Shown here: positions 37,814-47,931 of the stretch, piece after piece
How positions within the stretch are numbered: position 1 is the first letter of the stretch
How the letters are laid out: each line of letters opens with the position of its first letter
From: Bacteroidales bacterium
GTDB taxonomy: Bacteria > Bacteroidota > Bacteroidia > Bacteroidales > UBA932
Direction: 5' to 3'
Assembly: GCA_017454265.1 (NCBI GenBank)
Contig: JAFTDJ010000024.1
Coordinates: forward strand, 3,329 to 67,328
DNA length: 64,000 nucleotides
The notes under the pieces: model-generated
Database searches by the model: none
Seen by the model: only the letters and a program-made list of their open reading frames with translations
What the model was told of the DNA's origin: nothing
Made by a program: the position numbers and the translations under genes

Positions 37814-38745
37814 TGCTAAATAAAAAAATGAAGATGTCTGAACTGGTGGAAGCGAATTTTCACCTTCTGGGCATCCTGTCCCGACTCGGGATTCGCGGCA
37901 GTTTCTCAGACCATACCGTAGAAGAAATCTGCAATCGCTATTTCATTGATCCTGACACATTTATTCTTATTTGCACAGTGTACTCCGGGCGTGAAATCAA
38001 ACCCACGGAGGAGCAACTGAGACACTGTAAGGCGGAGGACCTGCTGCTCTATTTGCACAGTTCGCATGAATACTACGTGAACTCGGCGCTGGCAAAGCTG
38101 GCCCCTTCCATAGAAGAAATGATACGCCCTACCCAACCGGTGCGCCAGAAAGTCTTCCGTCAGTTTTTCAACGATTACAGGACAGAGCTGGAGAAGCATT
38201 TCGCCTATGAGGAGCAGGTAGTTATTCCTTACGTCAGGCAGCTGCTGGAAGACAAAGTGCCGTCGGGGTACTCCATCTCCAGGTTCCGCGAGGCCCATTC
38301 CAACATTGAAGAATCGTTGTCGGATCTTAAGAACCTGATTATGCAGTCCATGCCGCCCGAGTGCGACGGCGAACCCCGTATCGAAGTTCTGTCCAATATC
38401 TTCCATCTGCAGGAAGACCTGAAACATCATACTTACATAGAAGACGACATCCTGGTGCCGTTGGTAGAACTATATGAGAAGCGCGTCCCGGGTTTCGGCC
38501 GGCCACCCCGGACCGAGGACCTTGAAGAGAATCGTAACGATTTGAGCGACAGGGAAAAAGAAGTGCTGATACTGGTGGCTCGCGGCCTGCTCAACAAAGA
38601 GATTGCCGACAAACTGCACATCTCCATAAACACCGTCATAACCCACCGCAAGAACATCACCCGCAAGACCGGCATCAAAACGGCCCCGGGGCTTACGGTT
38701 TACGCCATACTCAACGGCCTCGTAGATATCAATTCAATAGAGTAA
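37810..38745 (+). CDS. Hemerythrin-like domain + LuxR-type HTH regulator
   Basis: LYLHSSHEYY, EKHFAYEE, H...E, HHTYIEDDIL (His/Glu four-helix motifs); LSDREKEVL..G..NKEIADKL.ISINTVITHRKNI. Confidence 0.85.
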   Translation: MMLNKKMKMSELVEANFHLLGILSRLGIRGSFSDHTVEEICNRYFIDPDTFILICTVYSGREIKPTEEQLRHCKAEDLLLYLHSSHEYYVNSALAKLAPSIEEMIRPTQPVRQKVFRQFFNDYRTELEKHFAYEEQVVIPYVRQLLEDKVPSGYSISRFREAHSNIEESLSDLKNLIMQSMPPECDGEPRIEVLSNIFHLQEDLKHHTYIEDDILVPLVELYEKRVPGFGRPPRTEDLEENRNDLSDREKEVLILVARGLLNKEIADKLHISINTVITHRKNITRKTGIKTAPGLTVYAILNGLVDINSIE

Positions 38746-38756
38746 CATATACTATT

Positions 38757-40595
38757 ATGGACACTAAAAACTCCCTCTTCGTACTCTGTACGCGTTTCCA
38801 GGATCCGGGCGACTGGACAGTAGAACAGCAATTCGTCCTTCAGATGGGGTCCAGTTATCTTCTGGCCCACGGCCTGGGCGAGCCAATCAAGAAAAACCCC
38901 AACACTACCATAGAGGTCCCGGAGACCGGAGACTATCACCTTTGGGTACGCACCAAGAACTGGACAGCTTTCTGGAGCGAAGGCAAGACCCCCGGCATCT
39001 TCAGCGTCAAGATAGACGGCGCCGCCGACCCCGCCGAATTCGGCACCGGATGCCCCGGAGCCACAAGGGCCGAGCGCGCAGCGTGGTACTGGCAGAAAGG
39101 CGGGACCTACCACCTTGAGAAGGGCAGCCACAAGATTGAGCTTCAAGACCTTACCGGACTGGACGGCCGTGCCGACGCCATTCTTCTCACCACAACCAGC
39201 GAAGTTCCCGGCGACAGTCTCGAGGCGTACAGGACCCTCCGTAATGAACTCATTCCCGAGCCTGTAGTGGACAAGGGCGACTATGATTTCGTTATAGTCG
39301 GTGCCGGGATGAGCGGCCTCTGCGCAGCAATCGCAGCTGCCCGCAACGGCTCCCGCGTGGCCCTTCTGCAAGACCGTTACATCCTCGGCGGAAACAACTC
39401 CTCGGAGGTGCGCGTAGGCCTCGGCGGGCAGATTAACATGGCGCCTTTCCCCTCCCTGGGATACATCCTCAATGAAATCGGGCCCGACCGCTATGGCAAC
39501 GCCCGCGGCGCTCACCACTACCAGGACTGGAAAAAGTGGGACGTGATTGCCGCAGAGCCCAACATCACCCTGTTCGCCGGATACACAGTTGACAAAGTGA
39601 AGATGGAAGACGGCCGCATCAAGGCTGTGGAAGCCGTGGAGGCCACACGACAGGACCGCATACGCGTAGGCGGGTACGTCTTCTCTGACTGCACGGGCGA
39701 CGCTCACCTTGCCGTAATGGCCGGAGCCCGCACCATGATGGGACGCGAAGCCCGCAGCGAGTTCGGCGAGAGCCTGGCCCCCGAGAAAGCGGACGGATAC
39801 ACGATGGGCGTCTCCATCGAATGGTACTGCGAAGACTGGAATACCCCAAGCACCTTCCCCGACAGCCTCGACTGGGGCCTGAAACTCGATGAGGAGACGG
39901 TGGAGCCTGTGCACCGCGCCAACTGGTACTGGGAGGTGGGTATGAACGACGACCAGATTGCCGACGCAGAAAAGATACGCGACTATGGTATGTACGTGGC
40001 CTACAGCACCTTCTCATATTGCAAGAACCGCCTCGCCAAGAAGGAAGACTGGGAGTGCACCCACCTTACCTGGGTATCTCACGTGAGCGGCAAGCGTGAG
40101 AGCCGCCGCATCGTGGGAGACCTCATCCTGCGTGAACAGGACCTCACCCGCCCCATCCCCTACGAAGACGGTACATGTACTACCACCTGGCGCATAGACC
40201 AGCACTATCCCGACCCGCGCAACGCCGGAAAGTACCCCGGCGCCGAGTGGATGAGTATTGGCAAACTGACCCCTATCGATCCTTACGCCCTGCCCTACAG
40301 GTGCTTCTACAGCGCCGACGTGCCCAATATGTTCATGGCGGGCCGTGACATCAGCGTGACGCACATAGCCCTCGGCAGTGTGCGCGTGATGCGTACCTGC
40401 GCCATGATGGGCGAAGTGGTAGGACTTGCCGCGAGCGTATGCGTGAGCAAGAAACTCCTGCCCCGCGACATCTACAAGACAAATTTCCAGGATCTGGTCT
40501 CGCTTATGAAAAAAGGTGCAGGACGCACCGATGTGCCCTACACCCAATTCTATCACCAGGTAGACCGTACCGGTCACCAGGCAGAAGACAGATAG
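38757..40595 (+). CDS. FAD-dependent oxidoreductase with N-terminal beta-sandwich domain
   Basis: DFVIVGAGMSG..AAIAAAR.G, LGGNNSSE, DCTGD, GKRESRR, MAGRDIS.TH.ALGSVRVM.TC. Confidence 0.85.
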   Translation: MDTKNSLFVLCTRFQDPGDWTVEQQFVLQMGSSYLLAHGLGEPIKKNPNTTIEVPETGDYHLWVRTKNWTAFWSEGKTPGIFSVKIDGAADPAEFGTGCPGATRAERAAWYWQKGGTYHLEKGSHKIELQDLTGLDGRADAILLTTTSEVPGDSLEAYRTLRNELIPEPVVDKGDYDFVIVGAGMSGLCAAIAAARNGSRVALLQDRYILGGNNSSEVRVGLGGQINMAPFPSLGYILNEIGPDRYGNARGAHHYQDWKKWDVIAAEPNITLFAGYTVDKVKMEDGRIKAVEAVEATRQDRIRVGGYVFSDCTGDAHLAVMAGARTMMGREARSEFGESLAPEKADGYTMGVSIEWYCEDWNTPSTFPDSLDWGLKLDEETVEPVHRANWYWEVGMNDDQIADAEKIRDYGMYVAYSTFSYCKNRLAKKEDWECTHLTWVSHVSGKRESRRIVGDLILREQDLTRPIPYEDGTCTTTWRIDQHYPDPRNAGKYPGAEWMSIGKLTPIDPYALPYRCFYSADVPNMFMAGRDISVTHIALGSVRVMRTCAMMGEVVGLAASVCVSKKLLPRDIYKTNFQDLVSLMKKGAGRTDVPYTQFYHQVDRTGHQAEDR

Positions 40596-40604
40596 CCCGC
40601 GCGG

Positions 40605-43600
40605 CTATTTGTCATCGGTCGAAGATTCGCCGGCGGCCCAATCCACAAGTTTGGAGAAGCCGTCGGTGAGTTTTTCTGCCATATCCGCGTCGCCGCCTTC
40701 CTTCATTACGTCGGCCAGGTAGTAAACGTAGCTGCCGCAGAGGTCGAACTCGTTCTTGCCGAACTCGAAGAACTCAAGGTAGAAGCGGGTGGCTTCCAGG
40801 AGGTCCGCCGCCATGTTGGCACCAATCTCCCGGGCCTGGTTCACTTTCCCGAGCTTGTAATAGCATTCCACCATATTGATGACCATATAGTCGTTGGTGG
40901 ACATACCCAGGGGAATGCTCTCCAGCGGGAAGCGGTGCATCACCTCGCGGCTGCGGTCCAGCATCTCTATGGCCCAATCGTCCTTGCCTTCCTTCATAAA
41001 GGCCTTGGCGGCACTGATGAAAATGCTTCTGGGTGCCATTACGCCGAGGTGAGTGTAGATGTTCTGGTAGTCCACGAACCAGCGGTCAGCCGCCAGTGCG
41101 TCCCAACTGTACACCTGTGTCATCTTGCGGTACAGCTCTTCAGTATCCACGAAGCCTATGTCGGTGGTGGTAATCTTGTTCTTGATGGGTACGAATTTGT
41201 AGGAATAGCCCTCGTACACCAGATAATCCTTGATGCCTATGTTGAGGTCGCCGCCCATATTGAGCATATTTATAGGACGGTCCCACTGATAGCCCGAGAG
41301 CAGGTCCAGCATGAAGATTTCCGGCTTTGTGAGGTAATCTTTGCTCTCGGGAATCTGAAGCACGATGCTGTCCGGGATAACGTCGGCGTACTTCCCGGCA
41401 AGGATACCGGAGGCTATTACATTCTCCTTGTTCACCGGTATCACCAGCTTGCGGGATGCGATATAGTCCACCTTGCGACCGCTGCTCATCGGCACTTTCA
41501 CGTCGGGATGGCGGAAAAGCTTCATTACATCGGCAATATCCATCTCCTGGTTGCGGGAATCTACGATTGGCACGTACTCGTTCGTGCCGTAGAGATACTG
41601 CTCCGGACCGACGCTCAGGGCGAGCGGGGCGCTCTCGTTGCAGGCCCATTTCATCTGGTCTATGTGCCAGTCGGTGCCAAGCAGGGAAGTGTTGCAAATG
41701 CGGACGTCGGTGCGCACGTTCTCCACCTCCTGCGCGTACCATACGGGGAAGGTATCGTTGTCTCCGTGGGTGATGAGTATGCCGTTAGGACCTACGGAAT
41801 TGAGGTAGTTGCGGGCCATCTCCACTGCGGTTGCGCGTCCGGAACGGTCGTGGTCGTCCCAGTTCTGGGAGGCCATCTGTACCGGTAACAGCAGGAACAA
41901 CGCAGTCACGGCAGATGCCGCCAGCGCACCCTGCCTCCCCTTGGTGGCGGAACTTATCCAACTGTACACGGCGGCCACCGCGAGGCCTATCCACACGCTG
42001 AAGAAATAGAACGAGCCGGCGTAGGCGTAGTCCCTCTCGCGCACCTGGTAAGGCGGCTGGTTGAGGTACAGCACAATTGCTATACCGGTCATGAAGAACA
42101 TCAGGAAAGTGAGCCAGCAGCCCCGTTTGTCGCGGTCGAACTGGAAACAGAGGCCGAGCAGGAGCGGCAAGAAGTAGTAGTGGTTCTTTCCGGCGTTGTG
42201 TGCCAGCGTAGCGGGAGCGTCACTCTGGTCGCCCAGGCGGTAGTTGTCTATAAAGCCCACGCCGCTTTCCCAGTTTCCGTGAAAGATGTTCCCCGGAGTG
42301 GGCGAATGGATTTCGTTCTGACGTCCCACGAAGTTCCACATGAAGTAGCGCCAGTACATCCATCCGAGCTGGTAATCGAAGAAATAGTAAAGATTGGCGC
42401 CCATCGTAGGTTTTCGGTCGGTGGCGCCGGAAACCTTGGTCCCTTTGCCGCCGGTATATGCCCGGTAGAAGTTTTCGTACCTGCCGTCCGGAGAGGAGCT
42501 CCACATACGGGGAAACAGCATCTTGCCGGAGGCTTTGTATGCAGCGTCCACCGGGCCTTCAACGTGCTTGTACTTACCGTCCAGCGGCGCCCAGTATTTG
42601 GTAGATTTGAGTTCGTACGGGGCGTCATAATACTGGCCGTAAACCAAAGGGGTGCTGCCGTACTGCTCGCGGCTCAGGTAGCGCACCAGCGTAAAGGCGT
42701 TGTCGGGCTGATACTCGTTGGTGGGCGTCTTGGCGCAGGAGCGGATGATGTCTATGCTGAATACCGAGAAGCCGATGATGATGGTGGTTATGCACAGCAG
42801 GGCGGTATTCCAGAACACTTTCTGCTTTCTGAGCGTGACGAAAAGGCCCCAGAAGCAAAGCGCCAGCAGCACCACCATGAAGAATGCGGCTCCGGTATTG
42901 TATGGAAGGCCCAGCACGTTTACGAAGAAAAGGTCGCAGTATGCCGCCAGCTTGGGCAGGTAGGGGATGAACAGGAACACCAGCAGGCCGAGTATCACGG
43001 CGCCTATTGCAAATATCTTTACCAGTTCCCAGAAAGTGAAGGCTTTGTCTTCCCTCTGCCTGTAGTAGAACATGAATACCAGGGCCGGAATGGCCAGCAG
43101 GTTGAGCAGGTGAACACCGATGCTGAGGCCCATCAGGAAAGCTATGAGAACCACCCAGCGGAGCGCGTGCGGCTCGTCGGCGCGGTCGTACCACATGGTC
43201 ATGGCCCAGAACACTACGGCGGTGAAGAGGGACGACATTGCGTACACTTCACCCTCCACGGCAGAGAACCAGAAGGTGTCTGAGAAGCAGTAGGCAAGGG
43301 AACCCACGAGGCCGGAGCCTATCACCGCTATCATGCCGCCCACGGTGTCTGTCTTCACCAGCCTCTTGGCAAGCCATACGATGGTGAGATACAGGAAGAA
43401 GATGGTGAGGGCGGAACATATCGCGCTCATTGCGTTCACCAGCACGGCGGCGTGCATGTTGTCGCCGAACAAGGTGAAAAACCTGGCGAAAAGCTGGAAA
43501 ACGGGATTTCCCGGCGGATGGCCCACTTCAAGCTTATAAGAAGAGGCGATGAACTCGCCGCAGTCCCAGTATGAGGCGGATGGCTCGATTGTGAGCAGGT

Positions 43601-43676
43601 AGGTGACGGCGCTCACGGCAAAGGCCACGAGTGCAGCTATCCGGTGCCACAGGGTAAATTTATCAGTCTTCTTCAT
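40605..43676 (-). CDS. DUF2723 membrane protein (TMEM260-like, GT-C fold)
   Basis: SYWDCGEFI, VGHPPG, FWFSAVEGEVYA, GVHLLNLL, RYFMWNFVGRQ, RERDYAY, GDNDTFP.W. Confidence 0.88.
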   Translation of the reverse strand: MKKTDKFTLWHRIAALVAFAVSAVTYLLTIEPSASYWDCGEFIASSYKLEVGHPPGNPVFQLFARFFTLFGDNMHAAVLVNAMSAICSALTIFFLYLTIVWLAKRLVKTDTVGGMIAVIGSGLVGSLAYCFSDTFWFSAVEGEVYAMSSLFTAVVFWAMTMWYDRADEPHALRWVVLIAFLMGLSIGVHLLNLLAIPALVFMFYYRQREDKAFTFWELVKIFAIGAVILGLLVFLFIPYLPKLAAYCDLFFVNVLGLPYNTGAAFFMVVLLALCFWGLFVTLRKQKVFWNTALLCITTIIIGFSVFSIDIIRSCAKTPTNEYQPDNAFTLVRYLSREQYGSTPLVYGQYYDAPYELKSTKYWAPLDGKYKHVEGPVDAAYKASGKMLFPRMWSSSPDGRYENFYRAYTGGKGTKVSGATDRKPTMGANLYYFFDYQLGWMYWRYFMWNFVGRQNEIHSPTPGNIFHGNWESGVGFIDNYRLGDQSDAPATLAHNAGKNHYYFLPLLLGLCFQFDRDKRGCWLTFLMFFMTGIAIVLYLNQPPYQVRERDYAYAGSFYFFSVWIGLAVAAVYSWISSATKGRQGALAASAVTALFLLLPVQMASQNWDDHDRSGRATAVEMARNYLNSVGPNGILITHGDNDTFPVWYAQEVENVRTDVRICNTSLLGTDWHIDQMKWACNESAPLALSVGPEQYLYGTNEYVPIVDSRNQEMDIADVMKLFRHPDVKVPMSSGRKVDYIASRKLVIPVNKENVIASGILAGKYADVIPDSIVLQIPESKDYLTKPEIFMLDLLSGYQWDRPINMLNMGGDLNIGIKDYLVYEGYSYKFVPIKNKITTTDIGFVDTEELYRKMTQVYSWDALAADRWFVDYQNIYTHLGVMAPRSIFISAAKAFMKEGKDDWAIEMLDRSREVMHRFPLESIPLGMSTNDYMVINMVECYYKLGKVNQAREIGANMAADLLEATRFYLEFFEFGKNEFDLCGSYVYYLADVMKEGGDADMAEKLTDGFSKLVDWAAGESSTDDK

Positions 43677-44721
43677 CGGGCAGTACAATCTTTTTGTATT
43701 GGTTCTTGCGCTTGGTCCAACGGTCGCGGGCGAGCTGCTGCATATCGGTAACGGTGTCGTTTTCGTCGATAATTTCCATGCCGAGGATGGTCTCGATGAT
43801 GTCTTCCAGCGTTATGATGCCCTGGAAGCAGCCGTAGTCGTCTATGATGAGCGCTATCTGGTCTTTGCTCTTGAGCAGGCTCTCCCATATGTCGGAAACG
43901 GATGTTTCCTCGTGGAAAGCCGCTATCTTACGCTTGATGCTCTTAAGGCGTGTGTCGAACTTGTCTTCCGCCAGGTTCTCCAGCACGTCGTAGCGCATGA
44001 TATAACCGGTAATGAACTCCGGCGATTCGGCATATACCGGAATGCGGGAGTTGTGCGACAGTTCTTCCTGTTTATAGAACTGCTTGAGCGTCATGCTCTC
44101 TGGAGCTATGGCGGCCACCACCCGCGGGGTCATGACATCGTAGGCCTTTATGTCGTCCAGCTTCATTATGTTCTGGATGACTTTGTTCTCGGAGTCGTCC
44201 AGCACTCCCTCTTCCTCGCCAATGTTGGCCATCGCAGACACTTCTTCGCGGGAAATGGTGGTGTCGGCTTCGTCGTCTGAGATGCTTCGGCGCAGCTTCA
44301 TCACCAGCCAAACTATCGGATAGAGTATCCACACCAGCAGATTCATGATGCCGGAGAGCCAGAGAAGGTCTTTCCAGTGAGAAGTGCCTATCGTCTTCGG
44401 GAGGATCTCGGAGAAAACCAGGATAAGTATGGTCATGACGGCGCTGATGATACCGAACCAGTATTCACCCGTGAGTTGCGTGGCCTGATGGCCAACGGCA
44501 GCGGCTCCAAGGGTGTTGGCGATGGTGTTCAGAGACAGAATTGCAGCAAGGGGCCTGTCGGGTTCCTGCTTGAGCTTGAGAAAGCGCTCTGCGTTCTTGT
44601 CTCCTTCCTCTTCGCGCATCGTGATGTAGGAGATGGGCGTAGTCATAAGCACGGCTTCCAGCAGCGAGCACAGGAAAGACACGGCCATGGTGAGCAGAAG
44701 GTATATGATGAGTAAGGTCAT
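43663..44721 (-). CDS. CNNM/DUF21 + CBS domain protein (CorB/hemolysin-like)
   Basis: SFLCSLLEA, AILSLNTIANT.GA, SEILPKTIG, VMTPR, SRIPVY, GIITLEDIIETILG.EI.DE.D. Confidence 0.9.
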   Translation of the reverse strand: MTLLIIYLLLTMAVSFLCSLLEAVLMTTPISYITMREEEGDKNAERFLKLKQEPDRPLAAILSLNTIANTLGAAAVGHQATQLTGEYWFGIISAVMTILILVFSEILPKTIGTSHWKDLLWLSGIMNLLVWILYPIVWLVMKLRRSISDDEADTTISREEVSAMANIGEEEGVLDDSENKVIQNIMKLDDIKAYDVMTPRVVAAIAPESMTLKQFYKQEELSHNSRIPVYAESPEFITGYIMRYDVLENLAEDKFDTRLKSIKRKIAAFHEETSVSDIWESLLKSKDQIALIIDDYGCFQGIITLEDIIETILGMEIIDENDTVTDMQQLARDRWTKRKNQYKKIVLPDEED

Positions 44722-44798
44722 ATATTATTCATATATAGCCTTCAAAGTTACGGATATTTCCCGTTTATTGCAAGACGGCCGGATTTATTGCACCTCCA

Positions 44799-45272
44799 CT
44801 ACGAAAACTCCGTCTCGGCCATAAAACGATTTTCCTCCAGTCTCGATTCTGGCCAGGATGCCGGAAGGGTCGGCAAACGAAGGCCAACCCAAACTGGAGA
44901 ATTCATAGAAAATAAAATGTCGAACTTGTTTGTTTTAGTCCTTACGCTTGCTACCGCTGCGCCGTTGCCTTTTTGCCGGTCTCCGTCTGTTTCCCAAGTC
45001 AAATCACGGACATCCGGAACAGGAGGCACGAACTCAAGCAATACATTGTTGCCGTCTTGTGCGGTTGTAAATATGATTTCTTCATTCTTTCCTGATTTGT
45101 TTCGAATAACTATATCATCAGCCTCGCCCCAAAACTCATTCGAACCCGACAGAACAACACTGGCCTTTTCCTGCCAAAGAAACTTAATCGGCTGGTAGTC
45201 TTCCCGCTGGGCGCAAGAACACAATATACTTAAAGTCAAGGCGAAGGTACCAATATACTTAAAGGTTTCCAT
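44799..45272 (-). CDS. Hypothetical lipoprotein (lower GC, possibly truncated)
   Basis: LCSC lipobox, 157 aa, no recognised family. Confidence 0.55.
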   Translation of the reverse strand: METFKYIGTFALTLSILCSCAQREDYQPIKFLWQEKASVVLSGSNEFWGEADDIVIRNKSGKNEEIIFTTAQDGNNVLLEFVPPVPDVRDLTWETDGDRQKGNGAAVASVRTKTNKFDILFSMNSPVWVGLRLPTLPASWPESRLEENRFMAETEFS

Positions 45273-45405
45273 AATAGGGACTGTTTTGAGACTAACCCTC
45301 AAATATCATCATTTTTAAGCACTTTTACAAATCAATTTGGTGTATATTTTGGCTCACCTGTAAAGGTCCGTGTACCGGTCGCTTGCTTATCGAGAAATCC
45401 CCTTG

Positions 45406-45487
45406 CCATCCACACCAGGGGCCCGTTTTGTGGACGGAATGCCTGAATTTCGCCTCCCGTCCACACCAGGGGCCGTTTTTGTGGACG
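45406..45487. repeat. Pair of palindromic repeats TCCACA-N14-TGTGGAC (copies 3 and 4, 51 bp period)
   Basis: CCATCCACACCAGGGGCCCGTTTTGTGGACGG and CCGTCCACACCAGGGGCCGTTTTTGTGGACG; TCCACA at 45409 and 45460. Confidence 0.9.
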
Positions 45488-45620
45488 AGTTACGACCGCA
45501 CCGCCGGTCGCCGACCGCCGCACTATTCGTTTCCGGCATGAGGAAAATTGGTTCTGAACGAAAAAAAGACTATCTTTGCCGCGAAACCGGATTAGATGGA
45601 CGTTTAAAACTTTTACAGAT

Positions 45621-46022
45621 ATGAAAAAAATTCTTTGCGCAGTGGCACTCCTGCTTGGTATGAGTGCAATGTTTGTTTCGTGTGATAAAGATAATCCTGC
45701 CGACTATTCCAAGAATATTGTTGGAACATGGAACGTAGAAAAGACCGAGTATTATCATAATGGTGAACTCGTGCACACCGAACCCGGTACCGTTCAGACC
45801 GTTTTCACAGCCGAGGGCAAATTCTATACAACAGAAGCATCTGCTATTCAGGGTGATTACACTATTTCAGGCGACAAAATCACGATGAGTTTCATCCTCA
45901 ACTTCACCGCCACTATACTCAAGCTCTCCACTACTGAGATGCAACTCGAGCAAACCGGGGACGGCGTTTTGTCGCAAATCACCTACGATAAGTTGATAAC
46001 TTATTACAAGAAAGCAAAATAA
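45621..46022 (+). CDS. Lipocalin-like lipoprotein
   Basis: VSCDKD lipobox, IVGTWNV, F.AEG, GDYTISGDKITM; TATCTTTG box at 45571-78. Confidence 0.75.
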   Translation: MKKILCAVALLLGMSAMFVSCDKDNPADYSKNIVGTWNVEKTEYYHNGELVHTEPGTVQTVFTAEGKFYTTEASAIQGDYTISGDKITMSFILNFTATILKLSTTEMQLEQTGDGVLSQITYDKLITYYKKAK

Positions 46023-46029
46023 AAGCATC

Positions 46030-46842
46030 TTATCCCTCTTTCAGTTTCTGCCTGCGGGTCTCGGCGGTGTCGCGGCCGAAGAGGGTGCGGTTTCCCTCTA
46101 TGCTGCGCCAGTAGTCGGGGTCGAAGTCTGATGGCGACACTAAGCCGGATATCCCGCTTCCCAGTGTAAAACACAGGTACTTAATGGAATAACCCTGCTC
46201 CCGGAACATGCTTTCGTAGAAAGTCTGCACTTCCGTGAGGGCGGGGTCAAAGCGGTCTGCCTCGGCATACAGGTCTTCTGAAGATGCCAGGACCGGAAGT
46301 GCATTCTCCCTGCAGACGGCCAGGGTATATTGATACAGGAACTGCGAGTCCGTCTTGAGGTGAATCTTGCCTCCGGGGACAAGGAACCTGGAATACCGTT
46401 CCAGGAAAACCGGCGAAGTGAGGCGTGAGTTCTCGCTCCGCACCTGCGGGTCGGAGAAGGTGAGCCAAATCTCAGACACCTCGCCCGGGGCAAAGAACGC
46501 CTGGATGAATTCTATCCTGGTACGAAGAAAGCCGACGTTCCCCAGGCCGTGCTCCGTGGCATATTTTGCCCCTTTCCACAGCCGCGCGCCCTTGATGTCC
46601 ACCCCCACGTAGTTGCACGAAGGATTCCGTTGGGCCAGGTCTATGGTATATTCCCCCTTGCCGCAGCCCAGCTCCAGCACAAGGGGCGCTCCGGCGCGGG
46701 CGAAACGCTCGCCCCAACGCCCTTTCACGGGATGATCCCGGAGGGCGAAATATCCGTCGCGCAGCAGCTCCTCGGCAGAGGGCTGAAGCAGGCAGGAAAA
46801 CGTCTCGTTTTCTGCAAATTTCCTGAGTTTATCGTGTCCCAT
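46030..46842 (-). CDS. trmB: tRNA (guanine-N7)-methyltransferase
   Basis: KLRKFAEN, VLELGCGKGEY, GVDIKGAR, FLRTRIE, EIWLTF.DPQ, HLKTDS, QTFYE. Confidence 0.95.
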   Translation of the reverse strand: MGHDKLRKFAENETFSCLLQPSAEELLRDGYFALRDHPVKGRWGERFARAGAPLVLELGCGKGEYTIDLAQRNPSCNYVGVDIKGARLWKGAKYATEHGLGNVGFLRTRIEFIQAFFAPGEVSEIWLTFSDPQVRSENSRLTSPVFLERYSRFLVPGGKIHLKTDSQFLYQYTLAVCRENALPVLASSEDLYAEADRFDPALTEVQTFYESMFREQGYSIKYLCFTLGSGISGLVSPSDFDPDYWRSIEGNRTLFGRDTAETRRQKLKEG

Positions 46843-46911
46843 AGGCCTTACACACGGAGACAAAGGTAGCAAAATTTGATTCTAGTACAAATATTATTAA
46901 ATTTGCAGGAT

Positions 46912-47931
46912 ATGAAGAAAACAGTACTTGTGTCCGGCGGAGCCGGATTTATAGGCAGCCACGTCACCGTGGAGCTAAGTCAGGCCGGTTACGACGTGGT
47001 AATCGCAGACAATATGTCCAACTGTGACGAAACCAATTACAAAGGTGTCTGCGCCATACTCGGCCGCACCCTCCCCTTCGAGAAAACCGATTTCTGCAGC
47101 AAGGAGGCGGTCGATGCCCTCTTCGCAAAATACAAGATAGACGCTGTCATCCACTTTGCGGCATACAAAGCGGTAGGCGAATCGGTGGCAGAGCCGCTGA
47201 TGTACTACAAGAACAACCTGGACTCGTTCCTGAACGTGCTGCAGGCGTCGAGAGACCACGGCACCCACGTACTGTTCTCTTCTTCGGCGACCGTTTACGG
47301 CGAGCCTGAGAAAACACCCGTGACCGAGCAGACGCCGCGCCAGGAAGCCACATCCCCTTACGGCAACACCAAGCAGATGTGCGAGGATTTCCTGCGCGAC
47401 TGCGTACGGGCCTACGGGATGCACGGCATAGCCCTTCGCTACTTCAACCCCATCGGCGCCCACCCCTCCGCCCTCATCGGCGAACTGCCCCGCGGCGTGC
47501 CAAACAACCTGGTGCCCTTCATAACCCAGACCGCGATCGGCAAACGCGAGTGCCTCAGCATATTCGGAAACGACTATCCCACCCCCGACGGCACCTGCCT
47601 GCGGGACTACATCGACATAGTGGATCTTGCCCAGGCCCACGTGTGCGCAGTGACCCGTATGATTGAAGACAAGATGGACGAACCCTACGAAATCTTCAAC
47701 ATAGGCACCGGCCGCCCCGTTTCCGTGCTGGAACTGGTAACGGCATTCGAAAAAGTCAACAATCTCAAACTCAACTACCGCATTGCCCCGCGCCGCCCCG
47801 GAGACGTAACCGCCATCTGGGCGGACCCTTCCCTTGCAGAACGCAAACTCGGATGGAAGGCCGGACGCAGCGTGGAAGAGACCCTCTCCGCCGCCTGGGC
47901 ATGGGAATTGAAGTTAGCAGGACGCGTATGA
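46912..47931 (+). CDS. galE: UDP-glucose 4-epimerase
   Basis: GGAGFIGSH, IHFAAYKAVGES, SSSATVYG, YGNTK, LRYFNPIGAH, RDYID. Confidence 0.96.
   Translation: MKKTVLVSGGAGFIGSHVTVELSQAGYDVVIADNMSNCDETNYKGVCAILGRTLPFEKTDFCSKEAVDALFAKYKIDAVIHFAAYKAVGESVAEPLMYYKNNLDSFLNVLQASRDHGTHVLFSSSATVYGEPEKTPVTEQTPRQEATSPYGNTKQMCEDFLRDCVRAYGMHGIALRYFNPIGAHPSALIGELPRGVPNNLVPFITQTAIGKRECLSIFGNDYPTPDGTCLRDYIDIVDLAQAHVCAVTRMIEDKMDEPYEIFNIGTGRPVSVLELVTAFEKVNNLKLNYRIAPRRPGDVTAIWADPSLAERKLGWKAGRSVEETLSAAWAWELKLAGRV

Noticed and set aside
42140-42180. Apparently short TM segment (LPLLLGLCFQF) in the DUF2723 protein
   Set aside because: The frame is intact; a few-codon deletion or repeat collapse cannot be established without an alignment.
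45406-45487. The 51-bp-period repeats as a mini CRISPR array
   Set aside because: Only two units per locus, ~19-nt linkers, variable repeat interiors and no cas genes in the window.
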